A stretch of DNA of 64,000 nucleotides from Candidatus Berkelbacteria bacterium (GCA_037143235.1 JBAWZC010000003.1:25192-89191), one strand, 5' to 3'. Shown: positions 29,803-38,590, counted from the first letter of the stretch. Numbers and translations are program-made. Notes: generated by a model not told the origin, from the letters alone.

Positions 29803-30327
29803 TTATTTCATTCTCTTCAGCAACTTCTTTTTGATAATATACGTTTTAGAACAATTAGCTTTTAGGGCATTGCTAATAAAATTTTCAAATCCCACATAAA
29901 CAATTGTTTTGCCTTCTCCCCGTGCATCTTTTATTGCTGGAATCATATCCGTATCAGAAGATATCAAATAGCAAGTATCGTATGTATTTTTCAGTGCACC
30001 CTTGAGAATATTTAAAGCTATCCTGACATCAACGCCTTTTTCGTGATAAATGCCCTTGCTTTTCAACATAAATCCTTTTTCTATCATAATTTTTTGCTTT
30101 TCTAGACTATAAAACAACGATTGCTGGCCAGAATACAATCTCTCAGAAATTTTGTCTCCTTTTCTTCGTTTGATTTCGCCAACACAATAATCTATCGATA
30201 CACCTGTAGATCCGGCGATCTCCTCAGCAAGAAGCCTATAACCAAAATCAGTTAAGTGCAACTCTGGGCACAAGTTTTTCGCCTGATGATAAAAATTGCT
30301 TCCATCAAAGATTACAAGTATTCTCAT
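29803..30327 (-). CDS. NYN domain (LabA/DUF88-like) protein
   Basis: Contains 'MRILVIFDGSNFYH...' and a later 'LISSDTDMIPAI', the acidic-residue pattern of NYN nuclease folds. Confidence 0.7.
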   Translation of the reverse strand: MRILVIFDGSNFYHQAKNLCPELHLTDFGYRLLAEEIAGSTGVSIDYCVGEIKRRKGDKISERLYSGQQSLFYSLEKQKIMIEKGFMLKSKGIYHEKGVDVRIALNILKGALKNTYDTCYLISSDTDMIPAIKDARGEGKTIVYVGFENFISNALKANCSKTYIIKKKLLKRMK

Positions 30328-30345
30328 ACAGTAATTATAGCTTGA

Positions 30346-30392
30346 GCCCTATAAATATAAAACCCCCAGGTCCTGTTACAGAACTGGGGGGA
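30346..30392 (-). terminator. Rho-independent terminator candidate for the four-helix-bundle gene
   Basis: The hairpin cccccag-gtcctgttacagaa-ctgggggg is followed on the minus strand by ttttatattt. Confidence 0.45.
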
Positions 30393-30474
30393 TTTAGCGA
30401 TTTAATATCGTTTCCGATGCACTGAGTATATATCAATTTGGCCATGTTTGTCAATGTCTAGTAGGCAAATTTAA

Positions 30475-30852
30475 TTATTTTTCGAATTTATCTATTTTGT
30501 CTTTTTGATTCATGGTGTGAACAATCTTGTGAAAGATCAGACACAATTCGTTACACTCAGACCAGATTTTTTCAATTTCAATTTTATGCTCATCTTCAAT
30601 GTTTTGAAGCAATTTCAGCCAATATTTAGTTTCAGATCCTTCCTTCTTGCAAATAAATATTTTGTTCTTAAAATCCTTTTTGCTGCTAGCGTTGTTGGCT
30701 TCAATATAATTAGCGCCAACACTGGTAGCGGAGCGAACCAGCTGATTTATTATCGGACGGCTAATGTTCGTTTCCTTGATATTTTTTGACAATTCGATAA
30801 CCTGTGTCGAAAATCGAAGCAATCTGTTTTCAAATTCAATTTCCCTGCTCAT
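30475..30852 (-). CDS. Four-helix-bundle protein (23S rRNA IVS protein family), second paralog
   Basis: Contains 'LVRSATSVGANYIEANNASSKKDF' and a 'KYWLKLL' signature. Confidence 0.7.
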   Translation of the reverse strand: MSREIEFENRLLRFSTQVIELSKNIKETNISRPIINQLVRSATSVGANYIEANNASSKKDFKNKIFICKKEGSETKYWLKLLQNIEDEHKIEIEKIWSECNELCLIFHKIVHTMNQKDKIDKFEK

Positions 30853-30973
30853 TTCTTCTATTTTACCGCATCAGTGTGGATTAATAAATGATTAAATAGT
30901 AAAATATAATTAATAAATGAAAAAATGACCAAATGGTTAAATGAATAAATATTAATGTCCTCAGGAGGGTATT

Positions 30974-31861
30974 ATGTTGCAAGTAAAAATTGAGAAAATT
31001 GTACCAGTAACTGACGCTAGAGATAATTTCAACAAGATTATCGATGAAGTTGATGCGACCGATGAACTCTATGTCATCACCAAAAACGGCAAACCATCGG
31101 CAATTGTCGTTGGCGTTCACCACCTGGATAAATTGACTGGCGGAAATAAAGTTGCCGAGACAATTGAACCAATTAAAAAAAGTGAAAGTATCTCTGCGAT
31201 GCCTGATCCGCTACCAAAGATGGACTTGCCGAAAATTGATCTTGCGCCAACAAATACTCCTGCTCCAGCTCCGGCTGACAAAGAAGACGATGATATGAGC
31301 ATCGACGATCTTTTTGGTCCGATTACTGACGATGATGTGTTGCCATCAACCACTCCTCCGGCAACCAATCAAACTCCGGCGACACAAACGAGCTCCGCTA
31401 ATCCTGCTCCTGCGTTTAGTTCCAATGCTTCGGCCACGCCAGCACCAACCTTTAAGCCCGCTGCGACTTCGCCATGGTCATCTCCAACAAATACTCCAGC
31501 TGCAACGCCAACTGCGCCTAGCGCATCAACTCCAACTTTTAGACCGACAGTTACTCCTGCTTCTGCAAATCCGGCACCTTGGACACCAGTGCCGACTGCG
31601 TCTACCCCCGCAACAACCGTCACGAACCCTACTCCATCATTTCGACCAACCGTGACACCTTATACTCCGGCGGCTACACCAGCGACCAATCCTGCGCCAG
31701 CCGCATCTAGTTCAACATTTAGACCAACAGTTGCTCCAGCCTCTGCGAATCCGGCACCTTGGACACCAGCGCCGGCTGCGAATCAGAGCTCAACAAACCA
31801 GCCAATCCAATTAACTCCGACAGTACCTGCGCAAAGCAATCAGAATTCTAACAATGTCTAG
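30974..31861 (+). CDS. Phd/YefM-like antitoxin-fold N-terminal domain fused to a Pro/Thr/Ala-rich repeat region
   Basis: The N-terminus 'VTDARDNFNKIIDEVDATDELYVITKNGKPSAIVVGV' matches the Phd/YefM fold. Residues ~90-295 are low-complexity, with four '(S/T)F(R/K)PTV(T/A)P...NPAPWTP' repeats. Confidence 0.6.
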   Translation: MLQVKIEKIVPVTDARDNFNKIIDEVDATDELYVITKNGKPSAIVVGVHHLDKLTGGNKVAETIEPIKKSESISAMPDPLPKMDLPKIDLAPTNTPAPAPADKEDDDMSIDDLFGPITDDDVLPSTTPPATNQTPATQTSSANPAPAFSSNASATPAPTFKPAATSPWSSPTNTPAATPTAPSASTPTFRPTVTPASANPAPWTPVPTASTPATTVTNPTPSFRPTVTPYTPAATPATNPAPAASSSTFRPTVAPASANPAPWTPAPAANQSSTNQPIQLTPTVPAQSNQNSNNV

Positions 31862-31894
31862 AGAATAGAACAGCAAAGAAAACACACTAAAGTG

Positions 31895-31960
31895 TGGGCT
31901 ACGACAAATCATGTAGTTCAAGCTTTAGCTTGTAAAAAACCACGCTGAAGCGTGGTCTGC
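31895..31960. repeat. Intergenic repeat (module E), with a possible terminator hairpin
   Basis: 'tcatgtagttcaagctttagcttgtaaaaaaccacgctgaagcgtggtctgcagag'. The hairpin cacgc-tgaa-gcgtg recurs at 42665, 49285 and 56435. Confidence 0.5.
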
Positions 31961-32043
31961 AGAGAGCATGCGCAAGGTAAATATTCGGTCTATTATCCAA
32001 CTAACCGTTTAACTGTCAACTGTCTCGCCGTATAACTTACTAG

Positions 32044-32661
32044 CTATCTCCCCTTGTTCTTCAGATGTCTCCAAACATATAGTGCAACCAAGATGACAAC
32101 GCCAGCGGCGATTGTCATATCAAAATTGTGCAAAGTTTTGCGGACCAACTCCCAATTCTCCCCCATCTTAATACCCAGCCAAGCGAAAAGAGCGGTCCAA
32201 GGCAGTGCGCCCAGGAAAGTATAAAAAGCGAACTTTTTGATATCCATTTTGGCGATACCAGCAGGAAAAGAGATATATGTTCTCACGACTGGAAGCAAGC
32301 GACCAAAAAAGACCGTTGCGCTGCCGTATTTTGCAAACCACTTGTCAGCAAGATCGAGGTCATGTTTCGAAATCAGGATATATTTGCCCCATTTTTCGAT
32401 CAGTGGGCGTCCGCCCTTCCAAGCGATCCAATAAGCCAAAAGAGAGCCAGTCAGATTGCCAAAAGTGCCGACGGCCACAACAACCCAGAAATTCAGACGG
32501 CCAAGTGCGACCCAATAGCCAGCAAACGGCATGATAACTTCTGAGGGCATCGGGATACCACACGACTCGAGGGCCATCAACAGAAATACACCAAAGTTGC
32601 CTGAAACTTCGATCGTTTTGATGACGATATTGGCCAGAAAGTCGATGATAGTTGTGATCAT
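32044..32661 (-). CDS. DedA family (VTT domain) membrane protein
   Basis: Contains 'LESCGIPMPSEVIMPFAGY' and '...GRLLPVVRTYISFPAGIAKM', canonical for DedA. Confidence 0.85.
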   Translation of the reverse strand: MITTIIDFLANIVIKTIEVSGNFGVFLLMALESCGIPMPSEVIMPFAGYWVALGRLNFWVVVAVGTFGNLTGSLLAYWIAWKGGRPLIEKWGKYILISKHDLDLADKWFAKYGSATVFFGRLLPVVRTYISFPAGIAKMDIKKFAFYTFLGALPWTALFAWLGIKMGENWELVRKTLHNFDMTIAAGVVILVALYVWRHLKNKGR

Positions 32662-32755
32662 AAAGATAGTGTTAAAGCTGGTAAGTGTTTAAGCTAATTA
32701 GCTGTGTAATTCATTAGTTGATTAGATTTTAGCAAATTATTGCCGCAGTCGAAAG

Positions 32756-32935
32756 AGTGCTTACTGTCTGTCGATCCTAAATCCGCTCCTGTCATTTCTG
32801 CCCTGAAACGAGTTCAGGATAAACTCCGGCAGGCATCTAGTGACAGCAAAAACGTCAAGATACACTCTGCTTGGCGCTTACGCTGTGACGGGATTCCGGA
32901 TCGAGTCCGGAATGACAAAAGAGATGAAGATAACA
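32756..32935. repeat. Intergenic palindromic repeat element (module A family, 'gtcattcctgc...gcaggaatgacaaa')
   Basis: About 85% identical to 36630-36765. Shares 'gcttggcgcttacgctgtgac' with 35545-35575 and 51395-51425. Confidence 0.6.
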
Positions 32936-32966
32936 ACAAAATGATATAAGCAAACGATACATATAG

Positions 32967-33869
32967 TTGCAATCAGACAGGTTTTTCACTAAGATTATGA
33001 GGATGTATCTATCTTACCCCGTGCAACTGAAAGAATTTGGTCGAGAGTACTTCGAGGACACGGAGCATGGTTTTGCCTATCGGTATCAACAGTCGAAAAG
33101 GTTTTTTGGCTTGATGAAATCCATCTTTATCCCCTATGGTCCTGTTTGCAACGATCTCAAGAGTTTTAGCAACTTCCTTGATCAGATCGAAAAAAATAAA
33201 ATGACCAAAGTTTACATCGACTTGCCACTGATATTAGACCCAAAAATCTTAAAAGAAGTGACCAAAGAGTTGCAGCAGAGAGGTTACAAACATCATCGCT
33301 CCGAAGTTTTGGATGGCGAAACTATCCTAGTCGAAAAAGATAAATATTGCCCAAATTCGAGATCGGCCAGATACATCCGGCGAGGGATAGAAAATTTTCG
33401 CATCGAGATAAAGAGCGAGATAGCCAAAGACGAGATCAGGGTGATGCACGAGCTCTATCTGTCAAACAATACCGAGATCAGAGACTTCAATCCCAAACCT
33501 CTTGCCGCCTTCACTAAAATTGCTAGTCACGGGGTGACGGCAATCGCTTATGATAAAATCACGAACAAAATCGAAGGGTTTCTGATGGGCTATATCGATG
33601 AGATCGCTACTGATTTTAAAAACAATGTTAACAAAAAAATTCTATATCTGATGTTTACAGCAGCTACCGACATTGGCCGAGAACAAAAGATCGGTTTCGC
33701 CCTTCATGGCCGACTTTTCGACGAAGCCTTTAATAATTTAGGCGTTGACCTCGTTGATTTCCTTGGCGCTGACAGAGCGATGAATCGTAAATACACTGAG
33801 TTTAAGATGAAGTGGGGAGGTGAATTTGTCAGTTTCCCCGGTAGTTATCAGAAAACTTTTTGGCTTTGA
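32967..33869 (+). CDS. FemAB-family peptidyltransferase (peptidoglycan cross-bridge formation)
   Basis: 300 aa. 'TEFKMKWGGEF' matches the conserved FemABX C-terminal motif. Confidence 0.7.
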   Translation: MQSDRFFTKIMRMYLSYPVQLKEFGREYFEDTEHGFAYRYQQSKRFFGLMKSIFIPYGPVCNDLKSFSNFLDQIEKNKMTKVYIDLPLILDPKILKEVTKELQQRGYKHHRSEVLDGETILVEKDKYCPNSRSARYIRRGIENFRIEIKSEIAKDEIRVMHELYLSNNTEIRDFNPKPLAAFTKIASHGVTAIAYDKITNKIEGFLMGYIDEIATDFKNNVNKKILYLMFTAATDIGREQKIGFALHGRLFDEAFNNLGVDLVDFLGADRAMNRKYTEFKMKWGGEFVSFPGSYQKTFWL

Positions 33870-33879
33870 TCTAAAGTTC

Positions 33880-33995
33880 TCTGTCATTCCCGCGCAGGCG
33901 GGAATCCACAAAATATTTTACCAGATTCCTGCTCATCGAGTCTGAGCCTGAGGACTCTTCCCTCAGAGTCGAATGACCTTCGCAGGAATGACAAA
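33880..33995. repeat. Intergenic palindromic repeat element (module A)
   Basis: 'ctgtcattcccgcgcaggcgggaatccacaaa' is shared with 35482-35515. The element ends in 'cgcaggaatgacaaacag'. Confidence 0.55.
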
Positions 33996-34064
33996 CAGCT
34001 TGGTTATTTTGTCATTTGGACGTTGATTTAGAAATTGGAAATTGGAAATTTGGTTATTTTTTTC

Positions 34065-35432
34065 CTATTCCACCAACTCCCAGTTCGAATCAACCTTGAT
34101 CTCATCCCATTTTTTCACATCGCCACGCTTGATATGATAATACGCCGCAAGGCCGATCATTGCCGCGTTGTCGCCAGTCATTGCTCTTTCTGGAGACAGA
34201 AAAGTAATTGACGGTGAAGCACTTGTGACTGTTTCCCCCAAACGACCCCGCAAGTAGCTATTTGCGCTCACACCGCCAGCAAAAACAACTGTTTTGGGCG
34301 AATACTTAGCGATTGCTTTGGATAGTTTCGACGAAAGTACCTCAGCAACCGCATCTTCAAAAGCACAACAAATCTCCTGCTTGATCTCCGTTGATATCTC
34401 CGCCGACGACGCTAAGTCTTTCTCTAATATAATTTTTTTAACTTGATATAAAACCGCGGTTTTGAGCCCAGAAAAGGAAAAATTGAATGTATCGTCTCGG
34501 AGCAATGGCCGAGGAAAAACGATACTTAAATTATGAATAATGAATAATGAATTATGGATTTCTTTCGGATTTCTTTCGGATTTAGAATTTTGGTTTTGGG
34601 ATTTATTTCGGGTTTCGGATTTCGGATTTAGAATTTTGTTTCTGAATTCACTCGCATATTTAGAAACAATTGGTCCTCCGGGGTAGCCAAGACCAAGTAA
34701 TTTTGCCACCTTGTCGTAAGCCTCACCGACTGCATCGTCTAAAGTTTCGCCAAGAGTTTCATATACACCATGATCCTCCATCAGTGTGATTGAGGTATGA
34801 CCACCAGAAACTGTTAACGAGATCAATGGAAAGTACGAAGCACTAAGCTCTAAATCCGAAACAATATCTAAATTAGAATTTTTAATATTTAAACTATTTG
34901 AACTTGAAATTTCTTTAGTATTTGGGGTTTGGGATTTGGGATTTGCGCCAGCCAAAGCGGAGTAAATATGTCCCTCGATGTGATTCACGGGTACGATTGG
35001 CAGATTGAGCGCATAAGATATTGTTTTGGCAGCGTTGAATCCAACCAACAACGAACCGATCAAGCCAGGACCAGCTGTGACGGCAATGTGAGTAACACCA
35101 TTGAGTAAATCCGAAGCGCTAATATCTAAATCCGAAACAATGCCCAAATTCGAATTTTTAATGTTTAAACTGTTTGAGCATGAAATTTCTTTAGTATTTG
35201 GGGTTTGGGATTTCGAATTTACCAGTGATTCTGTAATCACTGGTACAATTGCTTCGACATGTGCTCGACTGGCAACTTCTGGCACTACGCCTCCAGTCAG
35301 GGCATGTAGGTCCACCTGTGAGGAAATAATATTCGACAAAACGACCGGTTTCCCATCGATTTCCTCGATCACGGCCGCCGCTGTCTCATCGCAGGACGAT
35401 TCGATTGCTAGTATTCGTATATTATTTTTCAT
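34065..35432 (-). CDS. tsaD: tRNA N6-adenosine threonylcarbamoyltransferase TsaD carrying three in-frame repeat-derived insertions
   Basis: Contains 'ILAIESSCDETAAAV...GGVVPEVASRAH', 'VTAGPGLIGSLLVG', 'NHIEGH' and 'SGGHT'. At 455 aa it is ~118 aa longer than canonical TsaD, because of three ~35-40 aa low-complexity inserts. Confidence 0.85.
   Translation of the reverse strand: MKNNIRILAIESSCDETAAAVIEEIDGKPVVLSNIISSQVDLHALTGGVVPEVASRAHVEAIVPVITESLVNSKSQTPNTKEISCSNSLNIKNSNLGIVSDLDISASDLLNGVTHIAVTAGPGLIGSLLVGFNAAKTISYALNLPIVPVNHIEGHIYSALAGANPKSQTPNTKEISSSNSLNIKNSNLDIVSDLELSASYFPLISLTVSGGHTSITLMEDHGVYETLGETLDDAVGEAYDKVAKLLGLGYPGGPIVSKYASEFRNKILNPKSETRNKSQNQNSKSERNPKEIHNSLFIIHNLSIVFPRPLLRDDTFNFSFSGLKTAVLYQVKKIILEKDLASSAEISTEIKQEICCAFEDAVAEVLSSKLSKAIAKYSPKTVVFAGGVSANSYLRGRLGETVTSASPSITFLSPERAMTGDNAAMIGLAAYYHIKRGDVKKWDEIKVDSNWELVE
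34515..34650. repeat. In-frame repeat insertion C inside tsaD (diverged copy)
   Basis: AT-rich 'ggatttctttcggattt...tttgggattt...cggatttagaatttt' shares its core with inserts A and B. Translates as NPKSETRNKSQNQNSKSERNPKEIHNSLFIIHNLS. Confidence 0.5.
34846..34950. repeat. In-frame repeat insertion B inside tsaD
   Basis: 'ctaaatccgaaacaatatctaaattagaatttttaatatttaaactatttgaacttgaaatttctttagtatttggggtttgggattt' is ~88% identical to 35128-35215. Its ends, aaatccgaaac / gtttgggattt, are imperfect inverted repeats. Confidence 0.6.
35106..35222. repeat. In-frame repeat insertion A inside tsaD
   Basis: Near-identical to insert B and includes an internal 'taaatccgaa' duplication. Encodes KSQTPNTKEISCSNSLNIKNSNLGIVSDLDISAS. 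Confidence 0.6.
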
Positions 35433-35479
35433 TTAGATCATTTGTCACTAATTGGTTTAGATTAGAAATAGTTTGTCAT

Positions 35480-35605
35480 TCTTGAATGTACTGTCATTCC
35501 CGCGCAGGCGGGAATCCACAAACAGTATTAACACATGATACGGTCTTCTGGACGCTTACGCTGTGACAGGATTCCTGCCTTCGCAGGAATGACAAATTTA
35601 CAACC
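35480..35605. repeat. Intergenic palindromic repeat element (module A)
   Basis: 'gtcattcccgcgcaggcgggaatccacaaa ... cgcttacgctgtgacaggattcctgccttcgcaggaatgacaaa'. Terminal inverted repeats gtcattcc / ggaatgac. Confidence 0.6.
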
Positions 35606-35666
35606 TCTCTATTTTTACCATTACCAGGGCATTTATTCAATCTCAGAATGGTGCTAGAATATTTCT

Positions 35667-36605
35667 ATGGCAAACATCTTCCAATCTCATGAGTGGGAAC
35701 AATTCAAACTTCAAAGTGGCTACCAGAAAAGTTATCGTGTTGATGGTGTTCTTGTCTTGCAAAAAAATCTACCGCTTGGGCGGACAATGCTATACGCGCC
35801 GATGGTCAGTCAGCCTACGGCTGACGAAATTATGAATAGTGAATCAAGAATTAAGGATTTCATGGCAGAAATTCGAAAGATAGGCAACGAACAAAACTCT
35901 ATCTTTTTTCGATTGGAGTTTGACGTCCCGGTCGACCATGATTCATACCCCATAATTCATGATTCTGCTATTGTACAAAGCTTTGAGGAGATGCAACCCG
36001 AAAATACTTGGGTTCTCGATCTCAGCCAAAGCGAAGAAGAAATTCAGAAGAATATGAAGCCACGTGCCCGCTACAATATCAGACTTGCGGAGAAAAGTGG
36101 CGTCACGGTCAAAAGTGGTTTTACGGCTGAGCATCTCGATATTTTTTACAACCTTCACAGCTCGACCGCCATACGCCACGGGATTTCCTACCGGAGCAAG
36201 GATTACTTCGCCAGATTAGTTGAGTGTTTGAGACCAGCGGGATTGGTAAAGATTTTTGTTGCTTATCTCGATGAAGAGCCGATTTCCAGTCACATCATCA
36301 TTTCCTCTGGAGATACGGCGATTAATATGTTTGGTGCTTCATCAACTGACCATCGCGAAGTGAAGGCTCCCCACTTGCTCCAATGGCGCATCATAGAGGA
36401 GTGCAAGAGCAATGGCTTTGCCAAATATGACTTTTTTGGTATCGCCCCTTCTGACGACTCTAAGCACAAATGGGCCGGTATCACCAGCTTCAAAAAAAGT
36501 TTTGGCGGGTACCAGCGAGACCTGATGGGTAGCTACGATCTAATATTTAAGCCCCTTGAATATCAGATATTCAAGTTGGCAGAGAATATTCGCCGACCGA
36601 AATAA
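35667..36605 (+). CDS. FemAB-family peptidyltransferase
   Basis: 312 aa with 'ITSFKKSFGGYQRD' (FemABX motif). Paralog of 32967-33869. Confidence 0.7.
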   Translation: MANIFQSHEWEQFKLQSGYQKSYRVDGVLVLQKNLPLGRTMLYAPMVSQPTADEIMNSESRIKDFMAEIRKIGNEQNSIFFRLEFDVPVDHDSYPIIHDSAIVQSFEEMQPENTWVLDLSQSEEEIQKNMKPRARYNIRLAEKSGVTVKSGFTAEHLDIFYNLHSSTAIRHGISYRSKDYFARLVECLRPAGLVKIFVAYLDEEPISSHIIISSGDTAINMFGASSTDHREVKAPHLLQWRIIEECKSNGFAKYDFFGIAPSDDSKHKWAGITSFKKSFGGYQRDLMGSYDLIFKPLEYQIFKLAENIRRPK

Positions 36606-36614
36606 GACTCAAAT

Positions 36615-36940
36615 TCTTGCTCCCTTTTCTGTCATTCCTGCCCTGAAACGAGTTCAGGATAAACTCCGGCAGGAATCTAGTAACAATAAAAATGCCAAGA
36701 TACACTCTGCTTGGCGCTTACGCGTCGTCAGGATTCCTGCCTGCGCAGGAATGACAAAAGGAAAGAACGGGTTGAGTTGTTATTGCGGGGAGTCTGCGAC
36801 CTACCTACCGGCAGGCAGGCGCGGCAATCAATCATGACTTCTCGACAAGCTCGAAGAATAACTAGTTATGGTTCGACCTTGTGGAGAACAGCTTGGTACT
36901 TCTCGACACGTCCAGCTCACTCGAAGAATAAAATAACCTA
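36615..36940. repeat. Composite intergenic repeat (modules A + B + C)
   Basis: 36630-36765 copies 32756-32930. 36785-36840 ('gcggggagtctgcgacctacctaccggcaggcaggcgcggcaatcaatcat') recurs inverted at 51283-51345. 36865-36900 ('gttatggttcgaccttgtggagaacagc') recurs at 38280-38320 (inverted), 49235-49290 and 51195-51225 (inverted). Confidence 0.6.
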
Positions 36941-38203
36941 GCCCCTAATTGATTTGATCTTACCAACAAACGAGCGGATCGCAGGAGAAACACGAACTAG
37001 CAGCCAATAAGCAAAGCGATTGTTGACGAAGGCATATTCCCCGACATATTTGATCTCCTTGGCTCCAAAACTCTTTTTGAAAAGATACAGACCATAGTTC
37101 TCGTCCTTTTGGTCATGACTGGCAAGATAGATCCTCGCCAAATCATGATATTTGAGATGATGGCGAACACTATCCTCGATCCGTTTGTAATTTAGAAAAT
37201 GGCTTGGACGAGCTAGATTTCGCAACAGATTTTTACTGCCGCCGTAGAGACAATCGGCGGTATCACCAAAGAGCGTCGTAATCGAGCCAGCCAAATAGAT
37301 CTTGTCAGCTTTTTTAATATCAATATTGTTTTTTTCCAATTCAGCAACCCGCTTTTGATAGCTGCTGATCTTGATCTCTAATTCTTTGAATGCTTTGCTC
37401 TCAGTCTCTGTTGAAAGTCTCTTTAACGCTGCTTCATTTTCCTCATTTTTCATGCGATCCGCGACCGCATCGTAGTAGACCATATTTAGATAAGCATAGG
37501 GCTCGAAATTTTTCAATAAATTCTTAAAATAAGTAGCTCCCCTAGTCATCGATCCGAGGCGACCCATCGTTTGGCTCATAATCTGAATAAATTCATCAAA
37601 TATCGCTGGATCTTTTTGAATGTCGCTGTAAAGATATGATTTATATCCAAGACCGCGTACTTCTGCGTTTTTAATGCTGTATTTGATCCCCTTTTCAAAG
37701 CCGGAAATTAATTCCTCTATATTCTTCTCTTTGCCCTCATCGTACAAATCGATAACGAAAGTTGTGTCGGGCTGAATGTATGGTCTGGATCCCTTAGTCT
37801 TAATCAATCCAAACTCAACCATGTTTTTTTGCAGAGCTATGCCGGCGGCCTGTTCTTCACCTTCAATCAAGTATGGCACGGTCGGGTCAACGAAGCAGAC
37901 ATCGATAAAATGTTTTTGTGTATAATCCCCGACAAACGCAAGGGCGTCCCGAAGTAGTTTCGGGTCACCATAGTCGCAGACGAACCCAAGCGGAATATAT
38001 CCAACAGTAATAAATCTGGCAATTTTCCTCTCCAGCAGCAAACAGGTCAGGACGACTTTACCGTCTCGTCTACCGACAATAAAATGACTTTGCCACTCTG
38101 GTTTATTTTCTGCTCCTTTGCTCGTCTGCAAGATGGAGCCACCATTTTCTTCGACGAAAGCATCAAATTCGGTTAGATTTTCTGTTGGCTCAAATATAGT
38201 CAT
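36938..38203 (-). CDS. FemA/FemB-like peptidyltransferase with a coiled-coil insertion
   Basis: 421 aa. Contains 'LFKKSFGAKEIKYVGEY' (FemABX motif) and a central coiled coil ('KELEIKISSYQKRVAELEKNNIDIKK'), as in staphylococcal FemA/FemB. Confidence 0.7.
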   Translation of the reverse strand: MTIFEPTENLTEFDAFVEENGGSILQTSKGAENKPEWQSHFIVGRRDGKVVLTCLLLERKIARFITVGYIPLGFVCDYGDPKLLRDALAFVGDYTQKHFIDVCFVDPTVPYLIEGEEQAAGIALQKNMVEFGLIKTKGSRPYIQPDTTFVIDLYDEGKEKNIEELISGFEKGIKYSIKNAEVRGLGYKSYLYSDIQKDPAIFDEFIQIMSQTMGRLGSMTRGATYFKNLLKNFEPYAYLNMVYYDAVADRMKNEENEAALKRLSTETESKAFKELEIKISSYQKRVAELEKNNIDIKKADKIYLAGSITTLFGDTADCLYGGSKNLLRNLARPSHFLNYKRIEDSVRHHLKYHDLARIYLASHDQKDENYGLYLFKKSFGAKEIKYVGEYAFVNNRFAYWLLVRVSPAIRSFVGKIKSIRG

Positions 38204-38224
38204 ATTTAGTCACCTGTTTGCTAT

Positions 38225-38350
38225 TTATTCTTCCAGTCAATTCGACAAACCCAGGGTGAGACTGCCAGGAAGTGTTGGACTATTCTCCACAAGGTCGAAC
38301 CATAACAATTTATTCTTCGAGCTTGTCGAGAAGTTCCTAATGAATTGCCG
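38225..38350. repeat. Intergenic repeat (module C, inverted)
   Basis: 'ctattctccacaaggtcgaaccataacaatttattcttcgagcttgtcgagaag' is the reverse complement of 36850-36905. Confidence 0.55.
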
Positions 38351-38394
38351 TTTTTCCTCTTTCTCAATCATCTTAACACTTTAGGATACCTCCT

Positions 38395-38590
38395 TGCCAG
38401 AAGTAATACCTATCCAGAGACAATTTAATCAATTAATCATTTATTCATTTAGTCATTGATTATCTCCTCTCCTTTTCAAGGAGAGGCAGGGTGAGGTTTA
38501 ATGTTTTAAAATGAAACCTCATCTAACCCATTCGACTTCGCTCAGGGCAGGACTTTCTCCTTGAAAAGGAGAAGAACCCTTAGAGCAATT
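38395..38590. repeat. Three-hairpin cassette, inverted copy of 3190-3386
   Basis: 'ctctccttttcaaggagagg', 'gaggtttaatgttttaaaatgaaacctc' and 'tttctccttgaaaaggagaag' are the reverse complement of the 3195-3300 hairpins. AT-rich 'atttattcattt' lies at the FemA-proximal end. Confidence 0.5.

Noticed and set aside
32740-32949. 69-aa ORF
   Set aside because: Falls inside the module A repeat copy. The same sequence at 36630-36765 is read in a different frame.
36556-36941. ORFs 36556-36837 and 36711-36941 (93 and 76 aa)
   Set aside because: They lie wholly within composite repeat modules A/B/C. Copies elsewhere are not in a conserved frame, so they are spurious.
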